Numbered from the stretch's first letter, positions 1 to 10,290 are shown. The stretch: 64,000 nucleotides of DNA from an uncultured Gammaproteobacteria bacterium (GCA_964503465.1 CAZCYZ010000001.1:129702-193701); one strand, 5' to 3'. Numbers and translations are program-made. The notes: generated by a model from the sequence alone, not told the origin.

Positions 1-1
1 T

Positions 2-217
2 CCCACTGGAACTCCCCAACCTACAAATACTCCAACTAACACTCCAATTCCAACTAACACTCCCACAAATCAGCCAACTTCAACCCCAATGCCAATCGTT
101 GAAGGCCCTAGTCCGACCAGGATTGTTCTCCCCAACGCTGGTATTAGTTTCCCTGGATCCAGTATGGTACTTTTTGGATCTATTGTGACCTTGCTTGGAT
201 TCTTGGTATTATTGTAG
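2..217 (+). CDS. 3' end of a surface protein (partial, start outside window): Pro/Thr-rich linker (PTNTPTNTPIPTNTPTNQPTSTP) followed by LPNAG, a hydrophobic segment and a stop. This is a sortase-type C-terminal sorting signal.
   Basis: Frame 2 translation ends ...RIVLPNAGISFPGSSMVLFGSIVTLLGFLVLL* with TAG at 215-217. The LPxxG-like motif plus hydrophobic tail is the classical sortase substrate architecture. Confidence 0.45.
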   Translation, partial: PTGTPQPTNTPTNTPIPTNTPTNQPTSTPMPIVEGPSPTRIVLPNAGISFPGSSMVLFGSIVTLLGFLVLL

Positions 218-220
218 GTC

Positions 221-1132
221 ATGAAAATTATTGCTCTAATCGAGGCCCTACGCCCATTTCAGTGGATAAAAAATCTTAATCTATTTGCTGCTGCTATTCT
301 TAATGGCAAGCTCTTTGATCCACCAGTTTTTATTCAAAGTCTTATTGGTTTCTTGGTTTTTTCAGCACTATCATCTTCGTCATATTTGATCAATGATCTT
401 GTTGATATGGAACGGGACAAACTCCATCCCTTCAAGAAATTTCGTCCTTTAGCCAGGGGTGACGTTTCTCCAATTCAAGCAATCATTGTTTCATTTGGGT
501 TATTTTGTTTTGCCATTTTGGCTTCTCTTTATGTTAGTTTTGGTTTTTTCGTTCTTTCCCTTATTTTTATTATCATGCAATATTCTTATTCATTCGTATT
601 TAAACGTCGAGCCATTTTAGATATCATTGGCATTTCTCTCTTTTTTATCATTCGGGCTTTTGCTGGTGAAATTGCCACTGGTTACCATCTTCCTGTCTGG
701 ACTATGCTAACGGTTATTTTTCTCTCTCTTTTTATTGCCAGTGGTAAGCGTCGAAGTGAGCTGGTTAGAAGTGGCGTTAAAACTAGACAAGCACTCCAGG
801 GTTACGGTAAAAGTCTCCTTAACTTTTACACCACCATGTTTGCCGTCTGTACTTTGGTTACTTATGCTATGTACACTTTCTTTGCTGAACCTATTAGGTT
901 CCAGGGAATAATTCATCATTTCCTGTTAGATAATTTTCCTGCTGCCCTGGATCGTAAGTGGTATATGGTCACGTTGTTGCCGGTAATATTTGGCATCATG
1001 CGTTATGGCCAAATAATTTTTGAAATGGAAGAAGGGGAGAGGCCCGAACGTGTCGTTACCACCGATATTCCCCTGTTGATGTCAGTTCTTACTTGGGGGC
1101 TAATGATGATCACCATTATTTATGTTCTCTAG
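221..1132 (+). CDS. UbiA-family polyprenyl-phosphate transferase, decaprenyl-phosphate 5-phosphoribosyltransferase-like
   Basis: Polytopic membrane protein. Asp-rich motif NDLVDMERDKLHPFKKFRP matches the NDxxDxxxD-R-HP-K-RP signature of UbiA/DPPR-synthase-type prenyltransferases. Confidence 0.55.
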   Translation: MKIIALIEALRPFQWIKNLNLFAAAILNGKLFDPPVFIQSLIGFLVFSALSSSSYLINDLVDMERDKLHPFKKFRPLARGDVSPIQAIIVSFGLFCFAILASLYVSFGFFVLSLIFIIMQYSYSFVFKRRAILDIIGISLFFIIRAFAGEIATGYHLPVWTMLTVIFLSLFIASGKRRSELVRSGVKTRQALQGYGKSLLNFYTTMFAVCTLVTYAMYTFFAEPIRFQGIIHHFLLDNFPAALDRKWYMVTLLPVIFGIMRYGQIIFEMEEGERPERVVTTDIPLLMSVLTWGLMMITIIYVL

Positions 1133-2648
1133 TATCGTTCTCTTTCTGTTAACCCTATTTACTCGTTTTTTTGGATTTAATTGGGGTAATGGTTTTTTCT
1201 TCCACCCAGACGAAAATAACATGGCCACAGCTATTACCCAGCTGTCTTGGCAAAACCTTAATCCTCACTTTTTTGCCTATGGCCAATTTCCGCTATATCT
1301 TGGTTATTTTTCCCTCAAAACACTTGGACTTGCCAACACCTTTTTCAATTCTGTTTATATTCTCCGTTTTTGGTCAGCTGTCTTTTCCTGTTTCTCTATT
1401 TTGTTTTTTTACCACATTTGTAGATCAAAAATTTTTACCTTGCTATTGGTCTTTACCCCGGGATTAATTCAGTTAGCTCATTTTGGAACCACTGAAAGTC
1501 TGTTGATCTTTGTCTTTGCTGTCAATCTCTATTTGAGCCAACTTATTATTCGCAGCCCCAAACCAAAATATTTTTTTTTGGCCTCTGTTGTTACCGGAAT
1601 CGGTCTGGCTACCAAAATCTCTGCAATTATATTTATTACTCCCGTTCTTCTGGCGACTCTGTTTAACAAAGATAAAAACAAGCTCCACCTCCTATTGTTT
1701 ACTATCTACTGTTTACTGTTCACCTTTCTCTTCTTTATTATTTTCTCTCCATATAACCTAATTGCTCATGCTGACTTCCTCTCATCTCTTCACTACGAGA
1801 CTCAAGTTGCCACTGGCAAATTACCAGTTTTCTACACTAATCAATTTCTTCACACCTCCCCATATTTTTTTCAATTGACCAAGATATTCCCCTACATTGC
1901 TGGTCTTCCGATGTTTATTTTCAGTTCCATAAGTTTTTGTCTTATTCTTAAGTCATATTTCATAGATCGCAAATCATTTAACAACTTAACTATCGTTTTA
2001 CTTTCTTGCCTAGTTTATTTTTTATATTTTGGCCAGGTCTATACCAAATGGACCCGTTTCATGTCCCCCATCTTTTTCATTTTTCCGTTCCTGACGACCG
2101 TCTTATTAGAAAAAATAAATAATATAAATAAAAAAAATATTTTTATTACTTATCTAAATAAGTTTATTATAGTTTTGTCAATTATTCCCGGCATTATGTT
2201 TATGAAGATCTATTTTCAACCCGATGTTCGTCTTATTGCCAGTCGATGGATGGTTCAAGCCATTCCTGCTAATTCGAAAATCCTCTCTGAAGCCGGTAAT
2301 GTAATCAATCTTCCTATAACTGACTTGCCCGCCGCAACCGACCATCAATTACAAGTCACCAATTTTGATTTCTACAACCTTGATACCAATACCAACCTTC
2401 AACCAAAATTGACTGACCAGATTGGTCAGTCTGATTACATTATCATCCCTTCTCGTCGAATTTTTAAAAATCAAAATAATTCCAATTTTCCTGTCTCTCA
2501 ACAATATTACCAACAGTTATTTTCCGGCCAACTCGGTTTTAGTCAAATTAAACAATTTTCTGTTTTTAATGACGAAAACGCCGAGGAAACCTGGTCAGTC
2601 TTCGATCACCCTGTAGTTAGAATTTTCCAAAGAAATTACTACGATTAA
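1122..2648 (+). CDS. GT-C superfamily glycosyltransferase (ArnT/PMT, GT39/GT83-like; polyprenyl-phosphate-sugar dependent)
   Basis: About 12 TM segments. First periplasmic loop FGFNWGNGFFFHPDE carries the conserved DE motif of PMT/ArnT. Paralogous to 4363..6063 (YGLNWDQGYHLHPDE). Start overlaps the upstream gene. Confidence 0.55.
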   Translation: MFSSIVLFLLTLFTRFFGFNWGNGFFFHPDENNMATAITQLSWQNLNPHFFAYGQFPLYLGYFSLKTLGLANTFFNSVYILRFWSAVFSCFSILFFYHICRSKIFTLLLVFTPGLIQLAHFGTTESLLIFVFAVNLYLSQLIIRSPKPKYFFLASVVTGIGLATKISAIIFITPVLLATLFNKDKNKLHLLLFTIYCLLFTFLFFIIFSPYNLIAHADFLSSLHYETQVATGKLPVFYTNQFLHTSPYFFQLTKIFPYIAGLPMFIFSSISFCLILKSYFIDRKSFNNLTIVLLSCLVYFLYFGQVYTKWTRFMSPIFFIFPFLTTVLLEKINNINKKNIFITYLNKFIIVLSIIPGIMFMKIYFQPDVRLIASRWMVQAIPANSKILSEAGNVINLPITDLPAATDHQLQVTNFDFYNLDTNTNLQPKLTDQIGQSDYIIIPSRRIFKNQNNSNFPVSQQYYQQLFSGQLGFSQIKQFSVFNDENAEETWSVFDHPVVRIFQRNYYD

Positions 2649-2656
2649 TTCACCCT

Positions 2657-4366
2657 ATGGTTAAACTAATTCACCAATTTCCACTGACGATTATTGGTGT
2701 CATTCTCTCTATCGTCTCCTTTGCCATCTCTTCTCCTACGCTTGGGTTAAACCAACTAGCTTTTTGCTATTTTCTGTTGTCAATATTACTGATCTTTTTT
2801 GATTATGTTCGAGCGCATGTCACCATTCGGCAGTTGTCAATACCAACTCGGTTGTTTTGGTTCGTCCTTGCCCTAGCTTTTGTATCCAGACTCTCTTTAC
2901 TTACCAGTTACCCTTTTGTTTCAGTTGGTGACCAGCTTCGTGATGGTGGTCTAGACGCCCAAAAAATTGTCAACCAGGAAATTTCAAATCTTTTCGAGTC
3001 TGGAGCTTACAATGCTCATGGACTAATCATTCCCTGGTTCTCCAGTTTGTTCTATCTCTTTATCGGTCCCTCAGTTCTAGTTTATCGAATTCCTGCTGCT
3101 CTTATTTCAATTCTTGACATTATTGCTATTTTTATTTTTGTCAAGTCAATTAAAGGTACCTGGTCAGCATTCTTTAGTAGTCTTGTCTTAATAGTCCTCC
3201 CCCTCCATCTTTTTTACGGCCGGACTGAATTAGTTGTTATTTTTAGTAGTCTGATGGCCACACTCACCCTTTTCACCGTCTATCATTTCTTTGCTCGGCC
3301 AGGTTATCCACTTTACATTCTCTTGGGATTAATAATTGGTTTCTCCTGGAATTTTCATGGCGGAGTCAAGGCCTTCACTATTCTTGTTGCTATTTTTGTG
3401 GTAACCAGAGACCTAATAACCATCGTTACTAAATTGTTATCTAAACAGTCAATTAAAAGTAATCTAATTGGGTTAACTCTATTGGCTGGTTTTCTTATCA
3501 TTGGCTTTGGGCCCAAAATTATTTTTACTAACCAACAGGGATTTGTCCATGCCTCTCGCTTTAACTCCAATAATCTAAGTTTAAATACTCTCACTAATAA
3601 TTATCTTAAGTCCCTTATGGTTTATTTTTATGAGCCAACCAATAGTTGGTATCCTGACCATCAGCCCATTTTGGTACCAATATTTGCCCTGTTCTTCCTC
3701 CTTGGCATCGGCAAAATCATCTTTCTTTCCAAAAATATTTTTGATTGGTTTCTGATATATCTGATTTCTTTAACCCCTTTTACTAACAGTACTATTACCG
3801 ACATCCTCAATGCCGACCACCGCCTGGTTCCTCTACTCCCCGTAATAGTTATCATTATTGGGATAGGAATTGATTATATTCTTGATTCCATTAGTACTAC
3901 TTCTCTCAAGCGTATTTCTACTATTACCCTGTCACTTTACATAATACTAGTCGGGATTCATTTTTTTATCAAGCGACCTGCCGACATTAATGACTATGTC
4001 AATCAAAAACAGGACCTAAAGGATTACCTGTCAATGCATCTTATTTATTTTCTTCGGTCCCAACCTTCGTTTACTATCTCCCCGAACCTTTGCATTTCTG
4101 CACCACCAGCTAACTATCCGAACTATATCTTGACCCACTACCAAGAGCAATATCAGTATTTTTTTCCTCACACGGTGGTCGGAGTAGAAGAAAATCCCAC
4201 TCTTACTGATAGTGAAATAATGATTACTCCTTCCGCTTGTTCATCATTATCCCCCAGTCCAAAAGACTATCAAATTTCCCAAATAGACTGTTCCAGGGAT
4301 AATTTTTTCACTTGTCCGCACGACTATTTAGGTAAAATGAAAATTTATTACCCTTTGTCATTATGA
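2657..4366 (+). CDS. Polytopic membrane protein, probable divergent GT-C glycosyltransferase
   Basis: 569 aa, highly hydrophobic, in tandem between two GT39-like genes and overlapping the next gene by 4 nt. Lacks the clear HPDE motif. Confidence 0.4.
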   Translation: MVKLIHQFPLTIIGVILSIVSFAISSPTLGLNQLAFCYFLLSILLIFFDYVRAHVTIRQLSIPTRLFWFVLALAFVSRLSLLTSYPFVSVGDQLRDGGLDAQKIVNQEISNLFESGAYNAHGLIIPWFSSLFYLFIGPSVLVYRIPAALISILDIIAIFIFVKSIKGTWSAFFSSLVLIVLPLHLFYGRTELVVIFSSLMATLTLFTVYHFFARPGYPLYILLGLIIGFSWNFHGGVKAFTILVAIFVVTRDLITIVTKLLSKQSIKSNLIGLTLLAGFLIIGFGPKIIFTNQQGFVHASRFNSNNLSLNTLTNNYLKSLMVYFYEPTNSWYPDHQPILVPIFALFFLLGIGKIIFLSKNIFDWFLIYLISLTPFTNSTITDILNADHRLVPLLPVIVIIIGIGIDYILDSISTTSLKRISTITLSLYIILVGIHFFIKRPADINDYVNQKQDLKDYLSMHLIYFLRSQPSFTISPNLCISAPPANYPNYILTHYQEQYQYFFPHTVVGVEENPTLTDSEIMITPSACSSLSPSPKDYQISQIDCSRDNFFTCPHDYLGKMKIYYPLSL

Positions 4367-6063
4367 AAAAATTATCCAAAAATTATTTGACGACTATATT
4401 CATTTTCTTCGTGGTGTTGCTAGTCAGATTCTACGGCCTTAATTGGGACCAAGGTTATCATCTCCACCCAGACGAAAGAATGATATCTATGGTAGTTGAT
4501 AAAATTAAACTACCCCAAAGCTCAAACATTGGTCAAATATTTTCCCCCGATTCTAGTCTCAACCCGAAATTTTTTGCCTACGGTTCATTCCCCATCTACC
4601 TACTCAAAACGGTCTCTTCCATTTTTCCCTCCAATTCCCCCTACTCCCAGTATCAAGCCAATAATCTACTTGGTCGGGGCCTGTCAGCTATAGCCGATTC
4701 GGTTTCGGTCGTTCTAATCTACAAAATAGGGCAATTACTTTTCACTTCCCAAGTTGGTATTTTAGCCTCTTTAATTTATGGTTTTGCCGTTCTTCCATTC
4801 CAACTATCGCACTTTTACGCCGTCGACACTCTTTTAAATTGTTTTATTTTATTTACCATTTATCAACTTTGCCAACTCTACCTTCATCGTCGTCCTCTTA
4901 ATGCAATCTTGACCGGTATAGCATTTGGGCTATCTTTAGCTACCAAAATCAGTGCTACTGTTCTACTGGCATCTATTGGAGCCACCTTCTTAGTTGAGTT
5001 TTTACTCTACCTTGTCAAAAAAAATCCCAAACCATCACTCACCTCACTCCAAAATAACACTCTTCTCTTGCTACTAGTATTTCTCGTCACCTTTACCACT
5101 TTCTTCATTTGTCAGCCATTTGCTTTTTTTGACTTTCCAACCTTTTGGAACCAAATTAATGAACAAAAAGCCATGACTCGAAACGCTTTTGTTTTTCCCT
5201 ATACTCTTCAATACGTCTTTACCCCCCCATATGTTTATCAGCTTAAAAATATTTTCTTATGGGGATTTGGACCCATAGCCACAATTTTTGGGCTGTTAGG
5301 ATTTGTTCTCTCTTTAATTAAACTAATTAAAAATCTTTTTATTCCTGGCAATGACACCAAAGAGGGACTACTCCTAATAGTTTTTACCTTTTGCCTTGGC
5401 TATTTTCTTGTTGTTGGCTCCTTTGCGATTAAATTTGTGCGTTACTGTCTTCCGCTTTATCCATTTTTAGCTATCTTTGCCGCTTGGACTATTTTTTCTG
5501 CCCCATCAATTATTATTAAGAAAATCCTTCTAGTAATACTCATGCTATTTCAGCTTAGCTGGTTTTTGGCCTTTACCCATATTTACTCTCTCCCCAACAC
5601 CCGAGTCGAAGCCAGTAATTGGATTAACCAAAATATTCCCAAAGGTAGTCTTATCCTTCGAGAACATTGGGACGATGGTTTACCGCTTTTTGATTCCAGG
5701 CAATTTCGATATCAAGATCTAGCTCTTTACGACTCCGATCTTAATCCCAACAAATGGGCCCAAATTCAATCACAGCTAACTCAAGCCAATTATCTTATAG
5801 TTGCTAGTAATCGTCTTTATACTCCTCTTTTAAAGTTAACAAATTGTGAAGTTCTCCCGCCAGGAAAATGTTACCGCCAAACTGCTCAATACTACCAAGA
5901 TCTTTTTTCAGGTAAGCTGGGTTATCAACTAGTTGCTGAATTTGCTAGATTCCCAAGTTTTCTTGGAGTTGATATAAATGATCAATCAGCCGACGAATCC
6001 TTTACCGTCTACGACCACCCCAAAATAATGATTTTTAGGAACACTCAACAATCACATGAATAA
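4363..6063 (+). CDS. GT-C superfamily glycosyltransferase (ArnT/PMT-like), paralog of 1122..2648
   Basis: YGLNWDQGYHLHPDERMIS loop-1 motif, ~12 TM, FAYGSFP motif shared with its paralog. Confidence 0.55.
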   Translation: MKKLSKNYLTTIFIFFVVLLVRFYGLNWDQGYHLHPDERMISMVVDKIKLPQSSNIGQIFSPDSSLNPKFFAYGSFPIYLLKTVSSIFPSNSPYSQYQANNLLGRGLSAIADSVSVVLIYKIGQLLFTSQVGILASLIYGFAVLPFQLSHFYAVDTLLNCFILFTIYQLCQLYLHRRPLNAILTGIAFGLSLATKISATVLLASIGATFLVEFLLYLVKKNPKPSLTSLQNNTLLLLLVFLVTFTTFFICQPFAFFDFPTFWNQINEQKAMTRNAFVFPYTLQYVFTPPYVYQLKNIFLWGFGPIATIFGLLGFVLSLIKLIKNLFIPGNDTKEGLLLIVFTFCLGYFLVVGSFAIKFVRYCLPLYPFLAIFAAWTIFSAPSIIIKKILLVILMLFQLSWFLAFTHIYSLPNTRVEASNWINQNIPKGSLILREHWDDGLPLFDSRQFRYQDLALYDSDLNPNKWAQIQSQLTQANYLIVASNRLYTPLLKLTNCEVLPPGKCYRQTAQYYQDLFSGKLGYQLVAEFARFPSFLGVDINDQSADESFTVYDHPKIMIFRNTQQSHE

Positions 6064-7111
6064 CAATATCTATATTCAACCAATTTCTCCTTCCACTGTT
6101 ATTTCTGACTATCAAAAGCTTCTTGCCAAGCTTCCTAAACCACAAAACACCCCAACCGTCATTAAATTGAATCTATCATGGACTAAGTTTTATCCAGCTG
6201 TTTCAACTCCACCTTGGCACTTTGATGCCATTCTAAAGTGGCTGATTGATTCCGGAGTTTCCCCCTCAAATATTATTCCAGTTGAGAACCGTACTGTTGT
6301 CACTAAGGTCGAAATTGGTGCCCGAAATCATGGTTGGACCAAAATTGCCAAAAAATACGACGTTAAGCTTCACTACCTCACCAAAGAAAAATACATTGAA
6401 TACCGTCCCAAGTCAAAAATGTTAGTTCTTGACCAAATTTTCCCTGACGGAATTCTTCTCCCGGAAGTAATAATGGATAAACCCCTTATTACTCTGTGCA
6501 CACTTAAGTCTCACGTGTTTACCACCATCACCGGTGCTATCAAAAATTATTTTGGCATGCTTAATACCAATCGTCATTTTTGTCATCGCCGTATTCACCA
6601 AACTATCATTGATCTTCTTCAGATCCAGCGGGAACTCCATCCCCAAATCTTTGCCGTGATGGATGGTAGTGTTCTTGGTTTTGGGCCTGGCCCTAGGGCC
6701 ATGGAGTGGGAGCCAGCCAACCTTGCCCTGGCCAGTTGCGATGAAGTTGCTCTTGATGCCACTGCCGCCAGAATCATTGGTTTTGATCCCAGTCAAATAG
6801 AATTCATCAAGTTAGGGCACAAAATGAAACTGGGCAATATGAACCCTACCTATTCACATTCCTTGCCAAATTTTCACCACTCCGTTCGCAAAGATACTTT
6901 CGCCTCCCGCGGGCAAAAATTTATTTATCACCATCTCCCTGAATGGTTTGAAAAACTAATTCTTCGAAGCCCTATTGCTCCTTGGTCATACGCCGCCTCA
7001 AACCTTTACCATGATGGTTACTGGTACAATTTTGTTGGCAAAAATCGATTGAGTGCTTATCTTCGGTCTGATTGGGGCAAACTGTTTAAAAATTACGTTC
7101 CTCGTGATTAG
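6056..7111 (+). CDS. DUF362-family protein
   Basis: N-terminal VIKLNLSW (IKPN-like) and TLCTLKSH...TGAIKNYFG motifs typical of DUF362. Paralog at 14964..15872. Confidence 0.45.
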   Translation: MNNNIYIQPISPSTVISDYQKLLAKLPKPQNTPTVIKLNLSWTKFYPAVSTPPWHFDAILKWLIDSGVSPSNIIPVENRTVVTKVEIGARNHGWTKIAKKYDVKLHYLTKEKYIEYRPKSKMLVLDQIFPDGILLPEVIMDKPLITLCTLKSHVFTTITGAIKNYFGMLNTNRHFCHRRIHQTIIDLLQIQRELHPQIFAVMDGSVLGFGPGPRAMEWEPANLALASCDEVALDATAARIIGFDPSQIEFIKLGHKMKLGNMNPTYSHSLPNFHHSVRKDTFASRGQKFIYHHLPEWFEKLILRSPIAPWSYAASNLYHDGYWYNFVGKNRLSAYLRSDWGKLFKNYVPRD

Positions 7112-7670
7112 GAAGTTACTATTCTGGCAGCCTTCCATCGATTGTTATCGTCTACTTTCCCAACATCGTTACGGCCAATCCTTCTTAGTGGCCACCAACT
7201 ATTTAATTTGGTTTTTCCTTTTCTTTGTTTCTTATTTGCTAATAAAGCAAAATACCAACGTTTTTTGGCAACTGCTCCTGGCCACCATTACTAGTGAAGT
7301 CATTGAGAAAATAGTTAAAGTCAAAAACCTATGGAAAAGACCAGCTTTTGCCAATGGTAACCAGATCCCTAATGGTTTTATTAAGTCCTGGTACCTCAAG
7401 GGCTCTTTTCCTTCTGGTCATACCATCAAAGCCGTTTTCTTTCTGTTGTTCATCCTTCAATATTCAGTCATATCCCCATTTGTCTATTTGGCTGTCGTTG
7501 TTCCCTTGTTATTAATCAGGGTTATTTGTGGTTTTCATTATCCCGTTGACATTCTTGGTGGGGGTATAATTGGTGGTTTAATTTGGGTCATGTTCAATCA
7601 CATTTACGCCCCCGAATGGCTAAATCAGATTATTTCCCAAATTTTTAATTTCGTTTTTTTTATCAAATAG
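7053..7670 (+). CDS. PAP2-family phosphatase (polyprenyl-diphosphate/phospholipid phosphatase-like)
   Basis: All three PAP2 motifs are present: KVKNLWKRP (Kx6RP), FPSGH, and RVICGFHYPVD (SRx5Hx3D). Annotated start is GTG at 7053 and overlaps the upstream gene by 59 nt. The true start may be a downstream GTG/TTG (e.g. ~7104). Confidence 0.6.
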   Translation: MLIFGLIGANCLKITFLVIRKLLFWQPSIDCYRLLSQHRYGQSFLVATNYLIWFFLFFVSYLLIKQNTNVFWQLLLATITSEVIEKIVKVKNLWKRPAFANGNQIPNGFIKSWYLKGSFPSGHTIKAVFFLLFILQYSVISPFVYLAVVVPLLLIRVICGFHYPVDILGGGIIGGLIWVMFNHIYAPEWLNQIISQIFNFVFFIK

Positions 7671-7674
7671 TCTC

Positions 7675-9732
7675 TTGACTATGTTTTCTGATCTAAAGTT
7701 TATTATTCTCTGGTGGTTTGTTATTTTAACTTGCGGCCTAGCCGTACTTCCTCTTACTCTTCGCCTGTTCTCCAAATTTTGGGATCGGGGATATGTTTTC
7801 GCCAAAATTATTTCTCTAGGATTGACAACATACCTCGTTCTAGTTCTTGGAATTTTTAAAGTTCTACCCTTCACCATTCCGGTTATTCTAGCTGTGTTGA
7901 TCGTTCTAGCTGCTGCCAGTTACAAACTCAATCCCCATTTTTTTGATGATTTACAAAAGAAATATCCGATTTTCGTCATCGAAGAACTGGTCTTTTTACT
8001 AATACTCATTGCTTGGTCTTATATTCGTGGTTTTGCCCCCGATATAGAAGGTCTCGAAAAGTACATGGACTGGGGTTTTATTAATTCTATGCTCCGGACC
8101 AAGTTTCTTCCGCCCATTGACATGTGGTTTGCCAGTGAGCCCATTAATTATTATTATTTTGGCCATCTAATTTTTGCCCTGATCACCAAGCTTTCTAATA
8201 TTCCTTCGGCTATTACTTACAATCTTTCCATCGCCACCGTCTGTTCATTAACTTTCGTTTCCACTTTTTCCTTGGCCTCAAATCTTGTCTCTTCTACCCT
8301 CAAAAAGCCCCGAGTTAAAACTATTATTGTCGCCGGTCTCATCTCCGCTATTATTCTTACATTTGGTGGCAATCTCCATGCTGTTTACAAGATTATCAAA
8401 ATCAATATCAACGATAACGGTCGTTTGACGTTAACTCCCGAGGCCATTACCAAATCCGCTCATGCATATTGGTATCCCGACGCTACTCGGTTTATTGGTT
8501 TTGATCCAGACATCAAAGATAAAACTATTCATGAATTTCCTCTCTATAGCTTTGTAGTTGCCGATCTTCATGGCCACATGAACGACATTCCGGTTATCCT
8601 ATTTTTTATTGCCTTTCTGTTTTCAAGTTTCATTAGTTTTCCTAGTGTCAAAAACCTCTTTAATTGGTTTCTAATTATTCCCTCCGCCCTCACCCTTTCA
8701 ATTGCCTACATGACCAATGCCTGGGATTTTGCTGTTTACGGCCTCCTTTTTGCTATTTCTCACTTTCTTATCTACTTTCAATCTACTCGTCATAAATTAT
8801 TTGAAACTGTCATCAAAACTTTTGTCAACGGAGTTGCAGTTATCATCTTTTGGTATCTATTTACCTTGCCTTTCTCCCTCAATTTCGTTCCCATGGCCCA
8901 AGGTTTAATGCTTTCTGACTCTCGCTCACCCTTTTATCAATTGTTTATTCTTTACGGTGGTTTTTGGCTTATTTGCTTGCCTTTTTTGTTCATTTTTTTG
9001 CAAAAGAACCAAAAGTTTCAAACGGCCGACCATTTTGTCCTTGCCCTGATAATCACCGCCACCATTCTCATTATCATCCCTGAGATTGGTTATCTAAAAG
9101 ACATCTATATCTATGAACATCGTCGAGCCAACACCATGTTTAAACTCGTTTACCAGGCATTTATCATGTACTCTCTCTGTTCAGGTTATATCCTAATTCG
9201 TTTATCAAAACATTTACTCTATCGCATATTATTTGTCATTATCTTTGTCTGTCACCTTCTTTACCCCTATTTTGCCATTCGTTCTTATTATGGTTTTCGC
9301 CAATACCGAGGCCTTTGGGGTTTAAATTATCTTCAAAATCTTTATCCTGACAGCTTGGCTGCTGTTGATTGGCTCAACGCCAATGTTACTGGTCAGCCGG
9401 TAATCCTTGAAGCAGTAGGGGACAGCTACACTACTTTTAATCATGTTTCATCGGCCACTGGTCTGCCCACTATTGAAGGGTGGGTAGTTCATGAATGGCT
9501 CTGGCGTGGCGGTTACGACCAGCCCGGAGCCAGATCGGCTGAAGTCCAAAAGATATATGAATCGACCAACCTTACCGAAGTTCAACAGTTGCTTCAAAAG
9601 TATAATGTCGAATATGTTATTGTTGGTCCCAAAGAGGTTGAGAAATATAAAGACCTTAAAGAAGACAACTTACTAAACCTGGGGGCAAAAGTTGTCTTTC
9701 AAACCGGTCAAACCAAAGTTTATCGACTTTAA
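7675..9732 (+). CDS. DUF2298 / 'Chlor_Arch_YYY' family integral membrane protein (putative GT-C-like glycosyltransferase)
   Basis: 685 aa, highly hydrophobic, contains the diagnostic EPINYYYFGH 'YYY' motif. Confidence 0.5.
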   Translation: MTMFSDLKFIILWWFVILTCGLAVLPLTLRLFSKFWDRGYVFAKIISLGLTTYLVLVLGIFKVLPFTIPVILAVLIVLAAASYKLNPHFFDDLQKKYPIFVIEELVFLLILIAWSYIRGFAPDIEGLEKYMDWGFINSMLRTKFLPPIDMWFASEPINYYYFGHLIFALITKLSNIPSAITYNLSIATVCSLTFVSTFSLASNLVSSTLKKPRVKTIIVAGLISAIILTFGGNLHAVYKIIKININDNGRLTLTPEAITKSAHAYWYPDATRFIGFDPDIKDKTIHEFPLYSFVVADLHGHMNDIPVILFFIAFLFSSFISFPSVKNLFNWFLIIPSALTLSIAYMTNAWDFAVYGLLFAISHFLIYFQSTRHKLFETVIKTFVNGVAVIIFWYLFTLPFSLNFVPMAQGLMLSDSRSPFYQLFILYGGFWLICLPFLFIFLQKNQKFQTADHFVLALIITATILIIIPEIGYLKDIYIYEHRRANTMFKLVYQAFIMYSLCSGYILIRLSKHLLYRILFVIIFVCHLLYPYFAIRSYYGFRQYRGLWGLNYLQNLYPDSLAAVDWLNANVTGQPVILEAVGDSYTTFNHVSSATGLPTIEGWVVHEWLWRGGYDQPGARSAEVQKIYESTNLTEVQQLLQKYNVEYVIVGPKEVEKYKDLKEDNLLNLGAKVVFQTGQTKVYRL

Positions 9733-10290
9733 ATGAAAAATAACTCTGCTCTCAAGATTCTTTTTCTCTACAACTCAATTTTCGTTTTTGCTAACAATCT
9801 TATTGGCCCACTTTTTGCTCTTTACCTTCAAGGTTTTCATTCCAGTACTGTTACTATTAGCTTTACCTGGGCAGTTTTTGTTTTCTTTACGACCATTTTT
9901 ACTTATCTTTTTTCGAAGTTTGGCGATCGAATTAAAGAACAAGAATATACCCTTATGGCCGGCTTCCTTATTCGTTCCATCGTCTGGTTTCTCTATATTT
10001 TTACTGATTCACTCTCGATGGTGGTTGTGCTTCAAGTTGTTTTGGCCTTGGGGGAAGCCTTGGGTTCTCCAAGTTTTGACACCATCTTGTCTCAACATCT
10101 CGACGATGGTAGTCAAGTAGCCGAATATTCCACCTGGCGAGTCATGGCCAATTTATCAATGGCCCTGGCCACCATCATCGGTGGTTTTGTTGTTGCCAAG
10201 TTTGGTTTTCAGGTTTTATTTGTTGTTATGTCTCTTTTGGGTCTTTTTGCTTTTTTTGGCGTGCTCTCCAAACCCCGGGAGTTGCTGTAA
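9733..10290 (+). CDS. Small ~6-TM membrane protein, half-MFS-like
   Basis: 185 aa hydrophobic ORF starting 1 nt after the previous stop. Weak resemblance to an MFS half-transporter. Confidence 0.3.
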   Translation: MKNNSALKILFLYNSIFVFANNLIGPLFALYLQGFHSSTVTISFTWAVFVFFTTIFTYLFSKFGDRIKEQEYTLMAGFLIRSIVWFLYIFTDSLSMVVVLQVVLALGEALGSPSFDTILSQHLDDGSQVAEYSTWRVMANLSMALATIIGGFVVAKFGFQVLFVVMSLLGLFAFFGVLSKPRELL

